A DNA stretch of 64,000 bases from Vicugna vicugna (GCA_013265495.1 MU058687.1:4338093-4402092); one strand, 5' to 3'; counted from the stretch's first letter, positions 23,629-36,439 are shown. A program made the numbers and translations. Notes: generated by a model from the letters alone, not told the origin.

Positions 23629-25779
23629 GTAGAGAAGGTTCTTGTTCCCATTCCCACTTTGGACTGAAAGATGTCCTGTGTAACCCTTGGTATCTTTTCT
23701 TTAGAGGCCTTCAAGCTGTCACACCTCTTGGACAGCAGCGGTTGTGGGGAGGGGGCTGAACCCTGTGTTCTTCACTTTCAGTGGCAGAAAACCCAGATCA
23801 CTGCACGAACAATAACAAAGGCAGGGCCTCAGGGGGAGGGGAACATGATTCCATTTTTCAGGGGGGACCGAAGAGGTTTGACAGCATCCTATATTGCGAC
23901 TCCCCACAAACATATCAGTCCACTTCTGGAAATGCCTTTCCTAGTAGTTGCCATGGAGGGGTTGGATTTTTTAATTTAATCACTATAGACAGAGGCAGCA
24001 CTTGGAAAAAGAAAAACAAAGCCAACTTATGTTCTTAATTTATTTTTTTCTAGGTCAGGGAGGTCATTTTTCAGAGCAGGACTTTTGAATGCTTGGATCC
24101 TATGAAAGAGAATGCCATTTTCTCTTAAGTCATTTTAAGGAAATCATCTAGGCATTTGGGAGATATTAATGTCATTAAAACATTCTAGAGATTTATGCCT
24201 CCTATTGGGGATTTTTGACTGAGCACTTTAATTTCCTGTCTTGTGATCTAAAGTGAAAAAGTGCTCTTGGGGAAGAAGAGGGTCTACCGATCTATCGATT
24301 TTATCCTGAATGCCTTTTGAAATGCCCGTGTGTTACATGCTAGTGAATACCTACTGCAGAAACTGCTTCTTCTCTCATTCAGAGAGGCACCTTTTAAAGT
24401 CTGTAATGGTCCGCCCATCCTGTCATGTCAGGTTCTTTTGATTCAGAACAGCAAGTTGAGAACCGGCATGTTCTTTTGGCTGATAGTCAAGCAGAGGATT
24501 GAGCCTGGGATGGCCTCTGTGAGTTTGGAATCAGCAAACATTGATAGAAGTGGTTAAGACCAAGGTAGCTTTAAAAAACTACTTTTTACCTAAAAGATCG
24601 TCTTCTCTATAGTGACCTGCTACACGTCCTGTAGGTAATTAGTACCAGTGTCTGTCTTTTGGGTGGACCTCAAGTAGATGAGGACTCTCTAGCAGTTTAC
24701 TGTAACTCTTTTTTCATTACCTCTTAGCAGATTCGCAGGTATGCTAATGTATCATAAAATTATTGCAAAGAACATGCACTGTGTTAGTACTTTGAAGTCC
24801 AAGATAGCTGTACAATAGCTTTCAATTTCAAAGTATGCAGGGCTCCTTCAGGAATACAAAAGGCTGTTGTTTTTAGACATTCTGTTTAATTTTCAAAATA
24901 AGTCTACTCCCTGTTACTCTGTAAATGGAGGGGAGAGAGAAGGGGCAGGATTTGATCTATAATAAGAGACAATTCAAGGTTGTCAAAACTCTTTGTGATC
25001 AGACTTATTAGATAAAAACTAGACAATTGCATCTCCCCCTGGACTTAACATTCTTCATGGTAAGAACTATTTCTTATCCTGGGGATTTTGAATCCCCAGA
25101 AACTTACATAGCGACTCCCCATGCAACAAAATTATCCTAAAGTTCCCATTCAAAGGAGATATGGTTTGTAGGAATCATACAAAGAATGAGTTGAGTTCTG
25201 TGCCTACTGTAAATTGTTGACCAAAGTGTGGATATAGATTTGGAGATTTGGAATATCTTAATTTGCTCATTTGTAGAAACAGTCTAGTCATCAGAATGGT
25301 TTTTATGTTTTTATTCCACTGACCCAGACTCCCTTCCATTCTTGTAATGACTTGACAGTCTCTTTGTAGCGAGAGCTTTGTAATTATTTATTCTTTGTAA
25401 TTAATTTGGGTCATCTTACTCTTTCCCTCTTCCCTGATGTTATGGCAGAAGATCTTTAGGATGTGAATGCCTTTCCTTTTTGTTTTCCTGACGTTGGGAT
25501 GTGGGGCATTACTCATGCTGGCTTTTTCAGATACAACCTGTGGGCACAGATAGTACTAATTACCATTAACGGTGAAGAACAGTAAAAGCATATGACAAAG
25601 AAATGAGGCAGTCTGAAGTGGAAAGGCAAATCATTTTCAGAAGGAAATATGATGATGGGTCTAGGAAGAGGCATAATGAGTCTGGAATCCTCTTGTCATC
25701 TTTGGGGTGGTGTTTTTAAACTATTTATTTATTTTAACTTTTCCAGTGATTATGTTGTTCAGTTTCACAGGAATTCAGC

Positions 25780-26400
25780 TACTCCTGTATATCAGATACT
25801 CAGCTAGGTACTGGGATTACAGACGAGGTACAGTCTGACATTAGATAAATCTGTAGATCAGTCAATAGTTCCAATGCAGAGTGAAAACTGCTATGCTCGA
25901 ATGGACATGGTGTGTGCTGTGTGACCACGGAGGAGGGCTGCTGGACAGTGTAGGGGTTAGGGTAGTCATGGTGGGAACTCAAGGGATATTTTCTAGACAG
26001 ATTTTGGGCTGAGTCTGAAGGACAACATGTTTTAGGTGGACGAGAGGTAAAAGTTCATGTAAGAGCTTGACCCACAGGGAGCTCCATTTGGCTGAAATAA
26101 TGTGCATGTGTGGATGTGATGGTAGGCGAAGCCAGAGCAGTAGGACAGACAGGTGATGACAGACCTTTTGTGTGAGGAGTTGGACTTCACCCCGAGGGTG
26201 CTGTGAAGAGAACAGAGACCTGGGTCAGATTTTCATCTTTTCAAGATCACTCTGACACCAAGGTGAAGAATGGATGAGAAAGACAGGAAGTGAAAGCAGA
26301 GAGCAGTTAGGAGGCAAGTAGCGTATTCCAAGGCAGAGGGAAGGGGGGTGAAACTGACCCCTGTTACTCTGTGGGCTAAGAGGGTAAATAGGTTTCCCTT
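25780..26400 (-). mobile_element. L2 LINE
   Basis: cagctaggtactgggattacag...gtcagattttcatcttttcaagatcactctgac...agcagttaggaggc. Confidence 0.8.
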
Positions 26401-27529
26401 TCAGGTGAAACCTCTGAGGAGTGAGGAAGAAAATGAGCTTTTCCTCCTGTTTGTTTCCCTGCCACCTCCAAAGGGTTACTCTGTTTCGTAGCAGACACAT
26501 TTACACATCATGACAAAAGGTGTCAAGAAGAACTTGATTGATGGCCCTGTTTCAGGTCAGACTTTGCATCCCTCCAGGTTAAGAGAGAGAGTAGGAGTTT
26601 CTTGAGGCCCAGGAGAGGTGTTACATTGCTGAGAGGTACAGTTCCTTGAACCTCATGGTCCCTTGAATAGAATGACAATATCTAATATTTTTCAGGAGTA
26701 ATTTTCTAATTCCTTTTATTTGCAAGGAGGGTATTCCTGCTGAGGAAAAACTTCCCTAAAAGCTTGTCCGTTTAAGAAAGGAACTGCCCAACTATAAGAG
26801 AAGTGCTACGTTTGACCTCTTGGGAGTGAGGCAGTTGAGTCATAATCATGAGAAATAAAAGAATAGCTCTTTACTGGGTTAGGTGATTAATCAGAATATC
26901 TTTCCCCCACTTTCCATATAATTTCCCTTAGCAGCTTCTATTTCTGGAGCTGAATGGCTTCTTTTCTGGACATGTAAGTTGTCTCTCTGCCCAGATGATG
27001 GGCATGTGGGTGGGGGAGACCAAGGATTGATCAGATTTTGTTTTAAGTGTTGCGTATCTTAAGTCAATAAGTGTATTGGGTTTGGATTCCCTGAAAACCT
27101 GAAGATTCTTTCAAGTCATATTAGATAAGAGTTGGCATCAGCCAAATACTTGTAGTAGTAGGTAAAGGGAGTCTTAGTTCTCCAATTTACCTTACTGTGA
27201 GGAATGTAGTTCCCCACTTACATTTTCTCAGAAGCTAAGGGCTGTATTACTTTATCTGTTGTATTTTATGTAATAGAGCGTAGTATTTGACCTAGTAGAA
27301 ACCATTTCCTGAAAGTGGTTTGCATTATGGGAAATAGTGAGAGAGACAGGAATTAAATGGAACGTCCCACAGTGGTTCCTGCCTCTTGTCTCTCAACGCT
27401 GCGGGACAGAGGTTTCTCGAGAGAGAACTGTGTAACTGTGACTTCCTGCCTCAGTGTATCTTGCTTCTGGATTCCTGACCAACTACACACCCAGCTGCAG
27501 CGGGTACAGAGAGTTTGACTCTCCTTTCC

Positions 27530-27845
27530 AGCAGAATTGATAACACCCTTTATTGAGGGTCTACTTGGCGCAGGCACGTGCTAAGGACTTAGCATCTCGT
27601 GTCTCCATAATGATGATGGCCTTGGGTGGTAGGTAATGTTATCCCCAGTTCACAGATGACTTCACAGGCTTTGCGTATGTTGTTTAATCTTTACATCATG
27701 TGAAATGGAAACAATTTCTATCTCCTTTATATGTAGATGGGGAAACTGGGGTTCAGAGAATTTAGGTAGCTAGCCCAGCATCACATTGCTAGTAATTAAT
27801 GAAGCTGAATGTTAAAGCTTATGGCCTTTTCTCTACTGTGCTATG
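27530..27845 (-). mobile_element. MIR SINE fragments
   Basis: tttattgagggtctacttggcgcaggcacgtgctaagg and agatggggaaactggggttcagagaatttaggtagc. Confidence 0.8.
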
Positions 27846-28394
27846 TGGTGTGACCCTGGACTTGCCTGTTTCCAAAGCAGAAGCAGTATGGAGATAACCA
27901 GAGAGTATCTTAACTGTGTCCTCCAGGTGACTTTATGGTAGCTGGTTTTCGTAGCAATACTGTTTCACTAAGTTCCAGATGATATTTGCACAATGTCTGT
28001 CTTTGGACTTTGAAACCCCTCGTCTCTCTCTCTTTTAAAAAAAATGCCCTCTACTACTGTAATAAGCTGCTACATCAGTGCTGAGAAAACAAGGAAAAGC
28101 AGAAAATGAGGCCCCAGTTTACATTTTCCTACGCAGCACTGGCTTTTGAAGACCTACCTGTTCATGCTTTTTAAAAGATGGGATGATCCAATCGTTGGAC
28201 CTTTATTACCCAGGCATTCTCTGCAAACGGGGTGGATTGAGCAAGAAGGCTTTATGGTGTCACCATTCTCTCACCTTTACACAGACCCCAGCAAGGGCAG
28301 GCATCACCGTCACCTCTGCATTGTCTCGAAGTGTCACGTGGGTAAATCACTTTACTCACCTAGTGTAACTATTCTTTCAGGCACCAGCACAGGA

Positions 28395-28562
28395 ATTTTC
28401 AGCAGTTTTGCAAGCTGGCTGACATCATGTAACATGTCTTAGCTTGAAGTTGTCTGTGGGGGGAGTACTTTCTGCCATGAAAATCAGGTTACAGAAAAGT
28501 TACCAATTACGTTTATTCCCCCCCCCCGCCGGAATTCTAGTTGTTAAATACTTACCAGCATG
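28395..28562 (+). mobile_element. MER63A-like hAT DNA transposon
   Basis: aattttcagcagttttgcaagctggctgacatca...agcttgaagttg...gggagtactttctgccatgaaaatc...gttgttaaatacttaccagca. Confidence 0.7.
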
Positions 28563-30033
28563 GGACCAAAGGCCAGTGGAGGTAAAGACCTCAGAGGGCA
28601 TCTTGGTTTTAACCAGTTCCCATGCCCCTCTCACCTTATTTTTATTCAGTGTGTGATAAGAGGGCTCAAGTGACTGAGGAGGACATGGGTGTTACTGCAG
28701 CTGCCCCAGTGTCCCCAGAAGCTTGGGTGTTATTGTTAGTTTTTTCCATTCCTCATCCTAACCGAGTGAGTGTTTTGAGCCCTCATTTGAGAAGAGGAAA
28801 ACGTGAGCACCTGATCACGCTTGATGAGACCTGTGTCAGTGCCTGTCTGAGCTTTAAACAAGGCTTCAGTCCTGCCTTCTAGACAAAAAAGTAGGATCTT
28901 AGGAACACCGCTGCTCTTGGGCCCTTCTGCCAATGCACTTTTATAGTAACATTTAGGACCCTGTTCTCTGGCTTGGCTTAACCTTCTGTAAAATTGGAAC
29001 TAGAGCATTCACTTCTCAGCTGGCTCCATATGAAGAGGGACACTTGACACGTTTAAGTATCATTGCCTTCTTCTTTTAAAATTAAATAGGAGTGAGTTGG
29101 GTTTCTGCCAATTAAAAGGGATGAATCTTATGTTGTCTGTGAATGATTCTCTTTGGAAAAGCCAAGAGGACCCAGCGCTGTAAATGTAGATCCTCTGAGA
29201 GCTACAGAAGCATCCTCAGGGACCGTGATACGTGTGCAGCCAAGTGAAGATCGCCTTATACCCAATGCCAGGGATACCCTCCCTGAAGCTCTAATTCTTT
29301 TATTTTAGCAGTCGGGACTATAGACTGCTCAGGAAGCTGGTAAGGGTTGTCACACATACACAAATACACACATACGTATATCTATGTATGTTCATCTTCC
29401 TTTTAAAAATTCTTTCTTTTTCTTCTTCCCACTCAATTACTAATCAGTCATCCTTCCTCTAAGAGACAATGTAAATTTAAAAATGCAAAAGTGGAAAGGT
29501 TTATGCACTTACAGGAGTGGAAAATAGAATTGGAAGTGGAAGCTCTCTCTTTGGACAGTCGGTAGCAACTCTCATACAGCTCCTTACCGTGGCTGCTGGG
29601 CTTTGTGTGGGGCCGACAAACCCTTTGATGGGCACAGTGTTCTGCTGTGGGGATGCTTCCCATTCAGGTTCCACCCACCAATTCCAAGCCCTTTAACGAA
29701 CTTCATGCCGTGTGATGAAAGATGATGCATATTGGTAAACCAGTCCCAGCTGGTGCCTGCCACTGGGCTACCAGCTTCGGCCCTTTAGGACAAAATAACA
29801 TGGGCATCAGACCAGCTTTGTCATCCCCAGGCTCCCCCACTCACCAAGCCCATCTTCCTATGATGACCAGGACCAGCTGGTGCTGATTATCAATCCATTT
29901 TCAATTGGGTTGTTTGAGGCACAGGTTTAAGTCCTACTTGGACAATAATAGAAATACACTCTGATACAGGGGTCCTGTGCTCCCAGCAGCACTCCTGTCT
30001 CAAGGACCTGCAAGTGATAAAAGGCAGTTTATC

Positions 30034-30421
30034 CAGAGAAAGACAAATATCATATGATATCACTTGTAAGTGGAATCATCTAAAAAAAATGACACATGAA
30101 TTTACAAAACAGAAATAGACTCAGACATAGAAAACAAACTTATAGTGACCAGGGAGGGGAAAGGAGTGGGGTAAACTAGGATTAGCAGATACAAACTACT
30201 ATATATAAAATAGATAAACAATGAGGTCCTACTGTATCGCACACGGGACCATATTCAACAGCTTGTAATAACCTATAATGAAAAATAATATATATTTATG
30301 ACTGAATTACTGTGTTGTATACCAGAAACTAACACAATATTGTAAATCAGCAATATTGTACTGCAATAACAAAAAGAATGAAGTTCAATAAACTTCATAC
30401 GGTATTCAAAAAAAAAAAAAA
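30034..30421 (+). mobile_element. 5'-truncated L1 3' end, cetartiodactyl/camelid-type, with poly(A) tail and diverged TSD
   Basis: cagagaaagacaaatatcatatgatatcactt...gattagcagatacaaactactatatataaaatagataaacaa...ccagaaactaacacaatattgtaaatc. Poly(A) at 30408-30421. Flanks aaaggcagtttatc / aaaggtaatctgtc match at 10/14. Confidence 0.9.
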
Positions 30422-31319
30422 GGTAATCTGTCAACTTTTGGTTTTCCAGACCATGAAGAGGAATTGACTGAATCAGTTTGCAAGTTATGGCAAAGGTGGA
30501 TTTTAACAGTAACAGGCATGAAATGACTGTCTGGGACAGTTCTTAAAAAGAAAAACAATCCCAGATTCAAGCAGAATGATGGGAAATTTGTGGCAATCAT
30601 CAGAGTTATCTGAAAAAAAATAATAATAAAGAAAAAAGACACAATGGGATGCTTTCCAATAAGCTAAAAACAGAGCTGGGAGTTAGAAACTGAAGTACCT
30701 ACAGACATCACTGACAACTTATCTCATCTTTTCATGTATACTTACTTCTGTGGTCTTGTCACTTTCCCTACTATACAAAGGAAAGTCACCAACCTTTCTC
30801 AAAAGAATATGTGACTATTTTAGTGGGGATTGATTGCATATTAAATGCAATAGTAGTACGCACCGTCTCTATACAGGGGTTCCCTAAAGCCTTAGTGCAG
30901 TTTGAAGCTATTATTAGTAATTAAAAAATTTTCTAAATATGTAATTCCAAAAGTTTATGTTAGAATATCTGGAATTTTAGGTTGATTCAGAAGAATGTTT
31001 TAGATAAAATTATTAAGTCTTCAGGAAAATCTGTCATCTTTATAAACATACACATTTGATACAGATTTTTATTCATTAACTTAGACGAAACTAGTTCATC
31101 TTGTTGATTTTTAGTTGAATTTTGAATTGAAGTGGCATTTGAAAAATTTCCTTGTTAAAACAATCACATTCTTATATTAAAATGCCATCTTTGTCTGGTT
31201 GTGGATTAGAAATACCTTAAGTTGCTCTTGTTAATCCCCACCCACCGGTCCTCTGGTTTACTCACATCCATAGAGGTTAGGTGGGTCAGCTGTGGAGTTA
31301 GCAAGTTTCGGTTTGTGAT

Positions 31320-31620
31320 GTCGCCCTGCTACTTGTTACCTGTGGGACCTTGCAAAGCATCGCCTAACTATTCTGTGACTCAGCTTACTTTTCTGAAATC
31401 CTTGCCTTCCAACTTGATCAACAGTCAAAAAATTATTCTTCTTTTTTCTTTTTGAAGTTCTGTATGTCTTCCATGAGAAAATCATTCCTGTTTTTCTGCT
31501 TCTTTAATACTTATAATTGCTTCATCATGTGAAAGAAACTAATATCTGAAACACACTTAGTATATTGTCTATCTGGCACATAATAAGTGCTAAGTAAATC
31601 CCTTGTTATATTATTGTTAT
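31320..31620 (+). mobile_element. MIR SINE fragments
   Basis: ccctgctacttgttacctgtgggaccttgcaaagcatcgcctaac and tggcacataataagtgctaagtaaat. Confidence 0.6.
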
Positions 31621-32184
31621 ATCCTCTGATTTGTAGACAATCGAATTATATCAATGAATGTACAGTTAGAAGCATTGTTGAAAGTTTTCTTTTTCCTTTT
31701 TTCTAGAACATTTTGGTATACTTCTTTAACTTCTACTCTCAACTTTGGAGACACTGTGAGAATATGAGAACTAGATACAGATATAAGATATAGTCTATTC
31801 AGGAAAGAATGTATTTAAATAGTTTGAAGTAAGAAAAGGAGCTTATATTGTCATCTAGAAAGTGTTTTAGAGTCTAGTCCAAACTCTGATTCATTCAGCA
31901 TAGCTGCTGCCTACTGTCCATGAACACTGGGGACTCAAAAGAGTCTGTCCCAACATCTGGTGAGACTGAGTGAATCTAATAGTTAAATCAGGGAAGGAAA
32001 TGCAGTCAAATAAATACCACCACTCCCCCCGCCACCCCCCAAAAAAAGTTTGGTTCCAAGTAGAAAGTAGCTTATATGAGTTGATACTACTAAATTCTAT
32101 GGGTGAATTGTTCATCAAGAAAACTGCTTGGATTTAAGTCACAAAAGAATGACTTTATTTCTTTATTTTTCAGTTCTTTTGTTT

Positions 32185-32830
32185 TCTTTTATTCAATAAT
32201 TTTTTCTGAGCCTTTACTTTTAGATAAAGAGGTGAATGAAACAGATAAGACTTCTGCCCTCAAGGGGCTTATATTCCAGTAGGATGAGATAGACAATAAA
32301 GGATTTAATGAAGAATATTTTCATTACAGGCCATGTAATTGTTGTGAGTTAAATAAAGTGGGAAATAGGATGGAGAGTAAATGAAATGCTGATGGGGACT
32401 TCCTTAAATAGGAGAGTCTGAAGAAAGCCCATTTTGAACTAAAGCTTAAAGAATAAGATGAATCAGTTATTTGAAAATCTGCAGGAAGGACATTTCAGGT
32501 TCTGGGTTGAGCAGGAGCAAATGACCTTCAGGGTAGGGATGATCTTTAAAGTGTTAGAGCGGAGGTCCTAGAATGTGAGCAGGCCTGAGAAGCACCCAGA
32601 GGGCTTGTCTCAGATTCCTGAGCCCTGTCTCCAACCCAGTAGGTCTGGGTGAGGCCTGGAAATATGCATTTCTCACAAGCTTGCAGGGGATGCAGGTGCT
32701 GCTGACTCAGGGCCTGAACTGTGAGCACCATTGTGTTAGAGAGGAATTGGAAGGGAGAAAGGATGGCTGAGCACGGTGTGCTGGGGGTGAGGAGTGGGAA
32801 GTGAGGCTGGAGAAAGAGGCAGGAGCTCTA
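32185..32830 (-). mobile_element. L2 LINE interrupted by MER5A
   Basis: gtgaatgaaacagataagacttctgccctcaaggggcttatattccagtagg...gaagtgaggctggagaaagaggcagg. Confidence 0.8.
32560..32733. mobile_element. MER5A (hAT-Charlie) with perfect 8-bp TSD
   Basis: cagtaggtctgggtgaggcctggaaatatgcatttctcacaagc core. tgttagag at both 32552-32559 and 32734-32741. Confidence 0.9.
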
Positions 32831-32831
32831 C

Positions 32832-33236
32832 TGTTGCCAAAACTTGGCCTGCGTACCTTGCTTACCAAATTGAGACTCAAAGACAGAGTTTTGGATTAAG
32901 TAGAAAAGGCAGCTTTATTTCTTAGCCAGGCAAAGGTGGCCACAGTGGGATAATGCCCCAAGACGGTGGCCTGTTGGGGAAAGAAGACAAGGGGTTTTAT
33001 AGTAAAAGGTCAAGATTTCAAAGGGTGGAGCTAGTTTCCATAGAGATCACATACAGGGTAACATATTGTTGCAAAGTTGTTCTTGTTTTTGCAGATGCAG
33101 CAGTCCCTTTCCCTCTGCTAGGTTTGAAGTTCACCTCCAGCTTTGGGGCTCTTCTGATATTCTTATGCCTAGAGTAAAGGGTGCATAGGAAGGGGTCTGT
33201 GGAAAAGAGCTCTAAAGAAAAACTTGTTCAGTTTAA
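32832..33236 (-). mobile_element. Lineage-specific ERV1-type solo LTR
   Basis: Starts TGTTGCC, then gactcaaagacagagttttggattaagtagaaaaggcagctttattt...ccaggcaaagg, the reversed polyA/U5 pattern of artiodactyl ERV1 LTRs. Confidence 0.7.
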
Positions 33237-33239
33237 AGT

Positions 33240-33530
33240 CAGGTTGATAAATACGTCTAGCATTTTGGGCAGTATAAGGCCTGAGACCTCTTGCTGCAGG
33301 CTGGGACATGTGCCTCAAACAACAGAATACAAAGAAACCACAAGGGGCTAAAAATAATTGCAGATGTGCAGTTAGGGAAAGTTATGAATAATAGGATGCA
33401 CAAAACACCCAACTGTCCTTTCTGATGTGTCAGGAGCAAGAGGAGGGCACTGAGCATGATCCCCACATGCAGCACCATGAGGTAGTTGGCCGGACCACCC
33501 CAGTTCCCTTCCTCATTGGCCCAATCCTTG
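33240..33530 (+). mobile_element. Second ERV1-type LTR fragment
   Basis: gaatacaaagaaaccacaaggggctaaaaataattgcagatgtgcagttagggaaagttatgaataataggatgcacaaaacacccaactg resembles the U3 of artiodactyl ERV1 LTRs. Confidence 0.55.
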
Positions 33531-33969
33531 TTGGCAAGAGGACAAGGAAAGCCATTTAAACTATTATACGATTAAGCTGTTACAAATCCCATGTGGTCAC
33601 TGATGACAATATGTTCCTGCTCAATTACACTAGGATCTCAGCCCTGAAAGGAAGTACAAGTAGTTCAGATGGATGGGAAATCATTGCAAGTTCTCCTAGT
33701 CCTTGCTGAAACCCTGAAACTACTCTTGTTCTTAGATGATTACAGTGTAGTCAGTCTTTGAGCGCTGACTGAATCTGAGTGGCACTCACCCCTTAAAACA
33801 TGTGAAACAAATTCTGTGGAATTTGGAAATGGCCTGTAATTCCCTCTGTATTGGATTTCTCACCAACCATTTACAAATGGGACAGAGTGCTCACTTTGCA
33901 GAGCAACATTATCCCACGCTCAGATTTTGGATGTATGAGACAACAGCAAATCTGGGGACTGCAATTCAG

Positions 33970-34310
33970 ATCAGCTCAACATTTACTGAAACACTTTCTC
34001 TGCATCTGGCACAGAACACTTAGTGCAGCAAGGACATAGCCAAAGCATACTATATGCTTTCTAACTCTAGGCAGCAGTCAATCTTTTGGGGACAGATAGT
34101 TAAAAAAAAAAACATGAACAAATTAGTGGATTATATAAGTAGAGTACAGCACAATGTGTAATAAAGGGTTAAGTATTATCATATACAAATGTTAGTGATG
34201 CAGGAAATGTGGCATGGCCACAAGAAGAGGGAGAATTGTTTGAAGTTACTGGCAAATGTTTGATACCAAGGAGGCCTTTTGGCTGGTCCTTGGAAAATGG
34301 TGAAAATTTG
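33970..34310 (-). mobile_element. L2 LINE 3' end
   Basis: tcaacatttactgaaacactttctctgcatctggcacagaacacttagtgc. Confidence 0.65.
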
Positions 34311-35434
34311 GAAAAGCCTTTGTCTTCATGTTCAATCAACATGGAAATAATTATTGTGTTTTCCCAAAGTTTTTGCTGTTCTGCCTTTCAAGGAAAAGCC
34401 TTCCATATGTTTCCGATTCTTTAGCACAATTGAATTACTAGCCCATTGTCTGGTGAGAGCTGTTTGGTCAGGGAACCCCGTGGACTTCTCAGAAGCTTTT
34501 GTCCTTTAGAAGAAGCTGTCCTGATTTGCCATTGTTAATGAGACTTGTACTACACAATACTCAAGTTTAAGACCCACTGAGAACATGACCATGAACCTCC
34601 TTTCATCTCCGCATGGGGGAACCACGTGGCATATAGGAGTTGCAGAAACTCAGCAGCTGGGCCGCTCCCCCAGTGTTAGTAATTGTCTTGAACTTTCTTA
34701 GGTCTTATCCTAATAGCTTTGTGTTAGGAATGATGGTCTGTAGTGCTTCTGCCCTTCATGAATAAATACAAAATATCTTGCCACCCAGAAGACAAACTCT
34801 TTGTAGTCATGCATCTCTTTTGAACATGTATCCTTAGGGCCCTGCATGCTTACATTTCATGATTCTGTGCCTATGTGAGGCTTAGCTGGGATATTGTGAA
34901 ACCTGTACTTACTGAAATGAATGTATTTTTACTGTGTCAAGTGCTTTTTTTGCATTATAGCCTGACTAATACGTTTGATGAGTCAAAGGGTTCATCTCCT
35001 TTGCTGAGATTTTCTGGGAAATTCATGGAGTTATCTTAAATATTAAGATATTTCCTGTTAGCACAGATAATGCCAAAGGTGTAGGTTTATCTTTAATCCC
35101 AAGGTAAAGGCAGAAGATAGAAGTGAAAGAGCAAAGACGGTTAAAGAGAGGCCCCAGGATGACAAAGAGAGACGGCAATCTGTAAAGCAGAGATGACCAA
35201 ACTTTTTCAGTTGTTCACTCATACCTGCAGAAGATTTTGGGAATGTCCCCAAGATAGGTGTATTTATATACATATACCCTTATATATTACTTGCCTATGA
35301 AAGACACACAAACATTGAAATAATAAAGAAAATGAACATAATTCCTAATGTTTTTCCTATACCTCAAATAATTCTCTTTTGCATTCTTTGGTGTATGCAC
35401 GCTCTGTTTGAATACATTCTTCTGTAAACCTGTA

Positions 35435-35885
35435 GCAGCAGTGTGGTACAGTGCGCTGGTTCTCAATGTAGGCTAAATCATATCCTGAAAGCTTGGGAAA
35501 ACGCAGATTTCTGCCTCCCCCCAAAGTTTATAATTCAGTAGGTCTGGGATAGGACCTGATAATTTGCATTCCTAACAACTTCCCAGGTGATGCTGGTCTG
35601 AGAACTATGCTTTAAGAGCCACTAAGATAGATAGTCTCAGAGTTGGTTTACCTAAGTGGGACATCAGGATCCTTTAATTATCAAATGTGTGACCTTGGGC
35701 AAAGTCTTTTACTTCTGTGAACTTAATTTTTTAAATCTGTGATGTGGAGATAATCATAATTACTTACCTTTTAGGTTCACTGGCTTTATGAGATAATGAG
35801 ATAATGTAGACAAAGTGCTTGGTACCCAGTGTTTATCAGCTACAGAACATCAGTACATGCTGGCTGCTGTGTTCTCCTCCTCCTC
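35435..35885 (+). mobile_element. MIR SINE interrupted by MER5A
   Basis: gcagcagtgtggtacagtg [MER5A] ...tgtgtgaccttgggcaaagtc...aaatctgtgatgtggagataatcata. Confidence 0.75.
35454..35624. mobile_element. MER5A (hAT-Charlie)
   Basis: tggttctcaa...aattcagtaggtctgggataggacctgataatttgcattcctaacaacttcccaggtgatgctg...tttaagagccact. Confidence 0.88.
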
Positions 35886-36319
35886 ATTATCATCAAGCAT
35901 CTTAGGGTCACAAAGTAGTCTGTAGGAACTTTTGTGCCTTAATTTACAAGAATCATCAGAATGCATTTTTCCGCTTTAGCATTATACGTTTAGAAGGACC
36001 ATGCTCCAAATGAGGTATCTTTCTAGTTGAATGGTAGAGATGAAGCTCCTTTGCAAAGTCTGCCAAAAACAGAACAGTGTGTTCAGCCCTCTCCCTTCTG
36101 TGTGTAACTGTTGACAGTTTGTGGCTACGTGTGTATCTCTGTCATCGTTTGTATATAGTGAATTCTTCTTGCATGATTTAGAGTTGACACTTTGGCGGTT
36201 GTGTCTGAATGTTTTGGGGCATGAGAATAGTAAATTCAAGTGATTGCTTTGAATTCGATTAATTTTTCACACTTCTCTCTCCTTTTTTCTTCTTTCCTCC
36301 TCTTCTTGTGAATTATTAG

Positions 36320-36439
36320 GACCAAGCACCACTTGCCAGGAGGATTCATGTGCCAACCAGGGGGTCTGTATGCAGCAGTGGGAAGGCTTCACCTGTGACT
36401 GTTCCATGACCTCATATTCTGGAAACCAGTGCAATGATC
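36320..36439 (+). CDS. NRXN3: Neurexin-3 alpha coding exon (120 nt, phase 1-1), third EGF-like repeat; last alpha-specific exon
   Basis: Long pyrimidine tract, attAG acceptor at 36318-36319, ATC/GTGAGT donor at 36440. Translates [40 protein letters not shown](P) with six EGF cysteines. Not in the ORF track. Confidence 0.98.

Noticed and set aside
30870..31200. Possible old Tc1/mariner-like element starting TACAGGGGTTCCC
   Set aside because: No matching second terminal inverted repeat found and the family could not be identified confidently.
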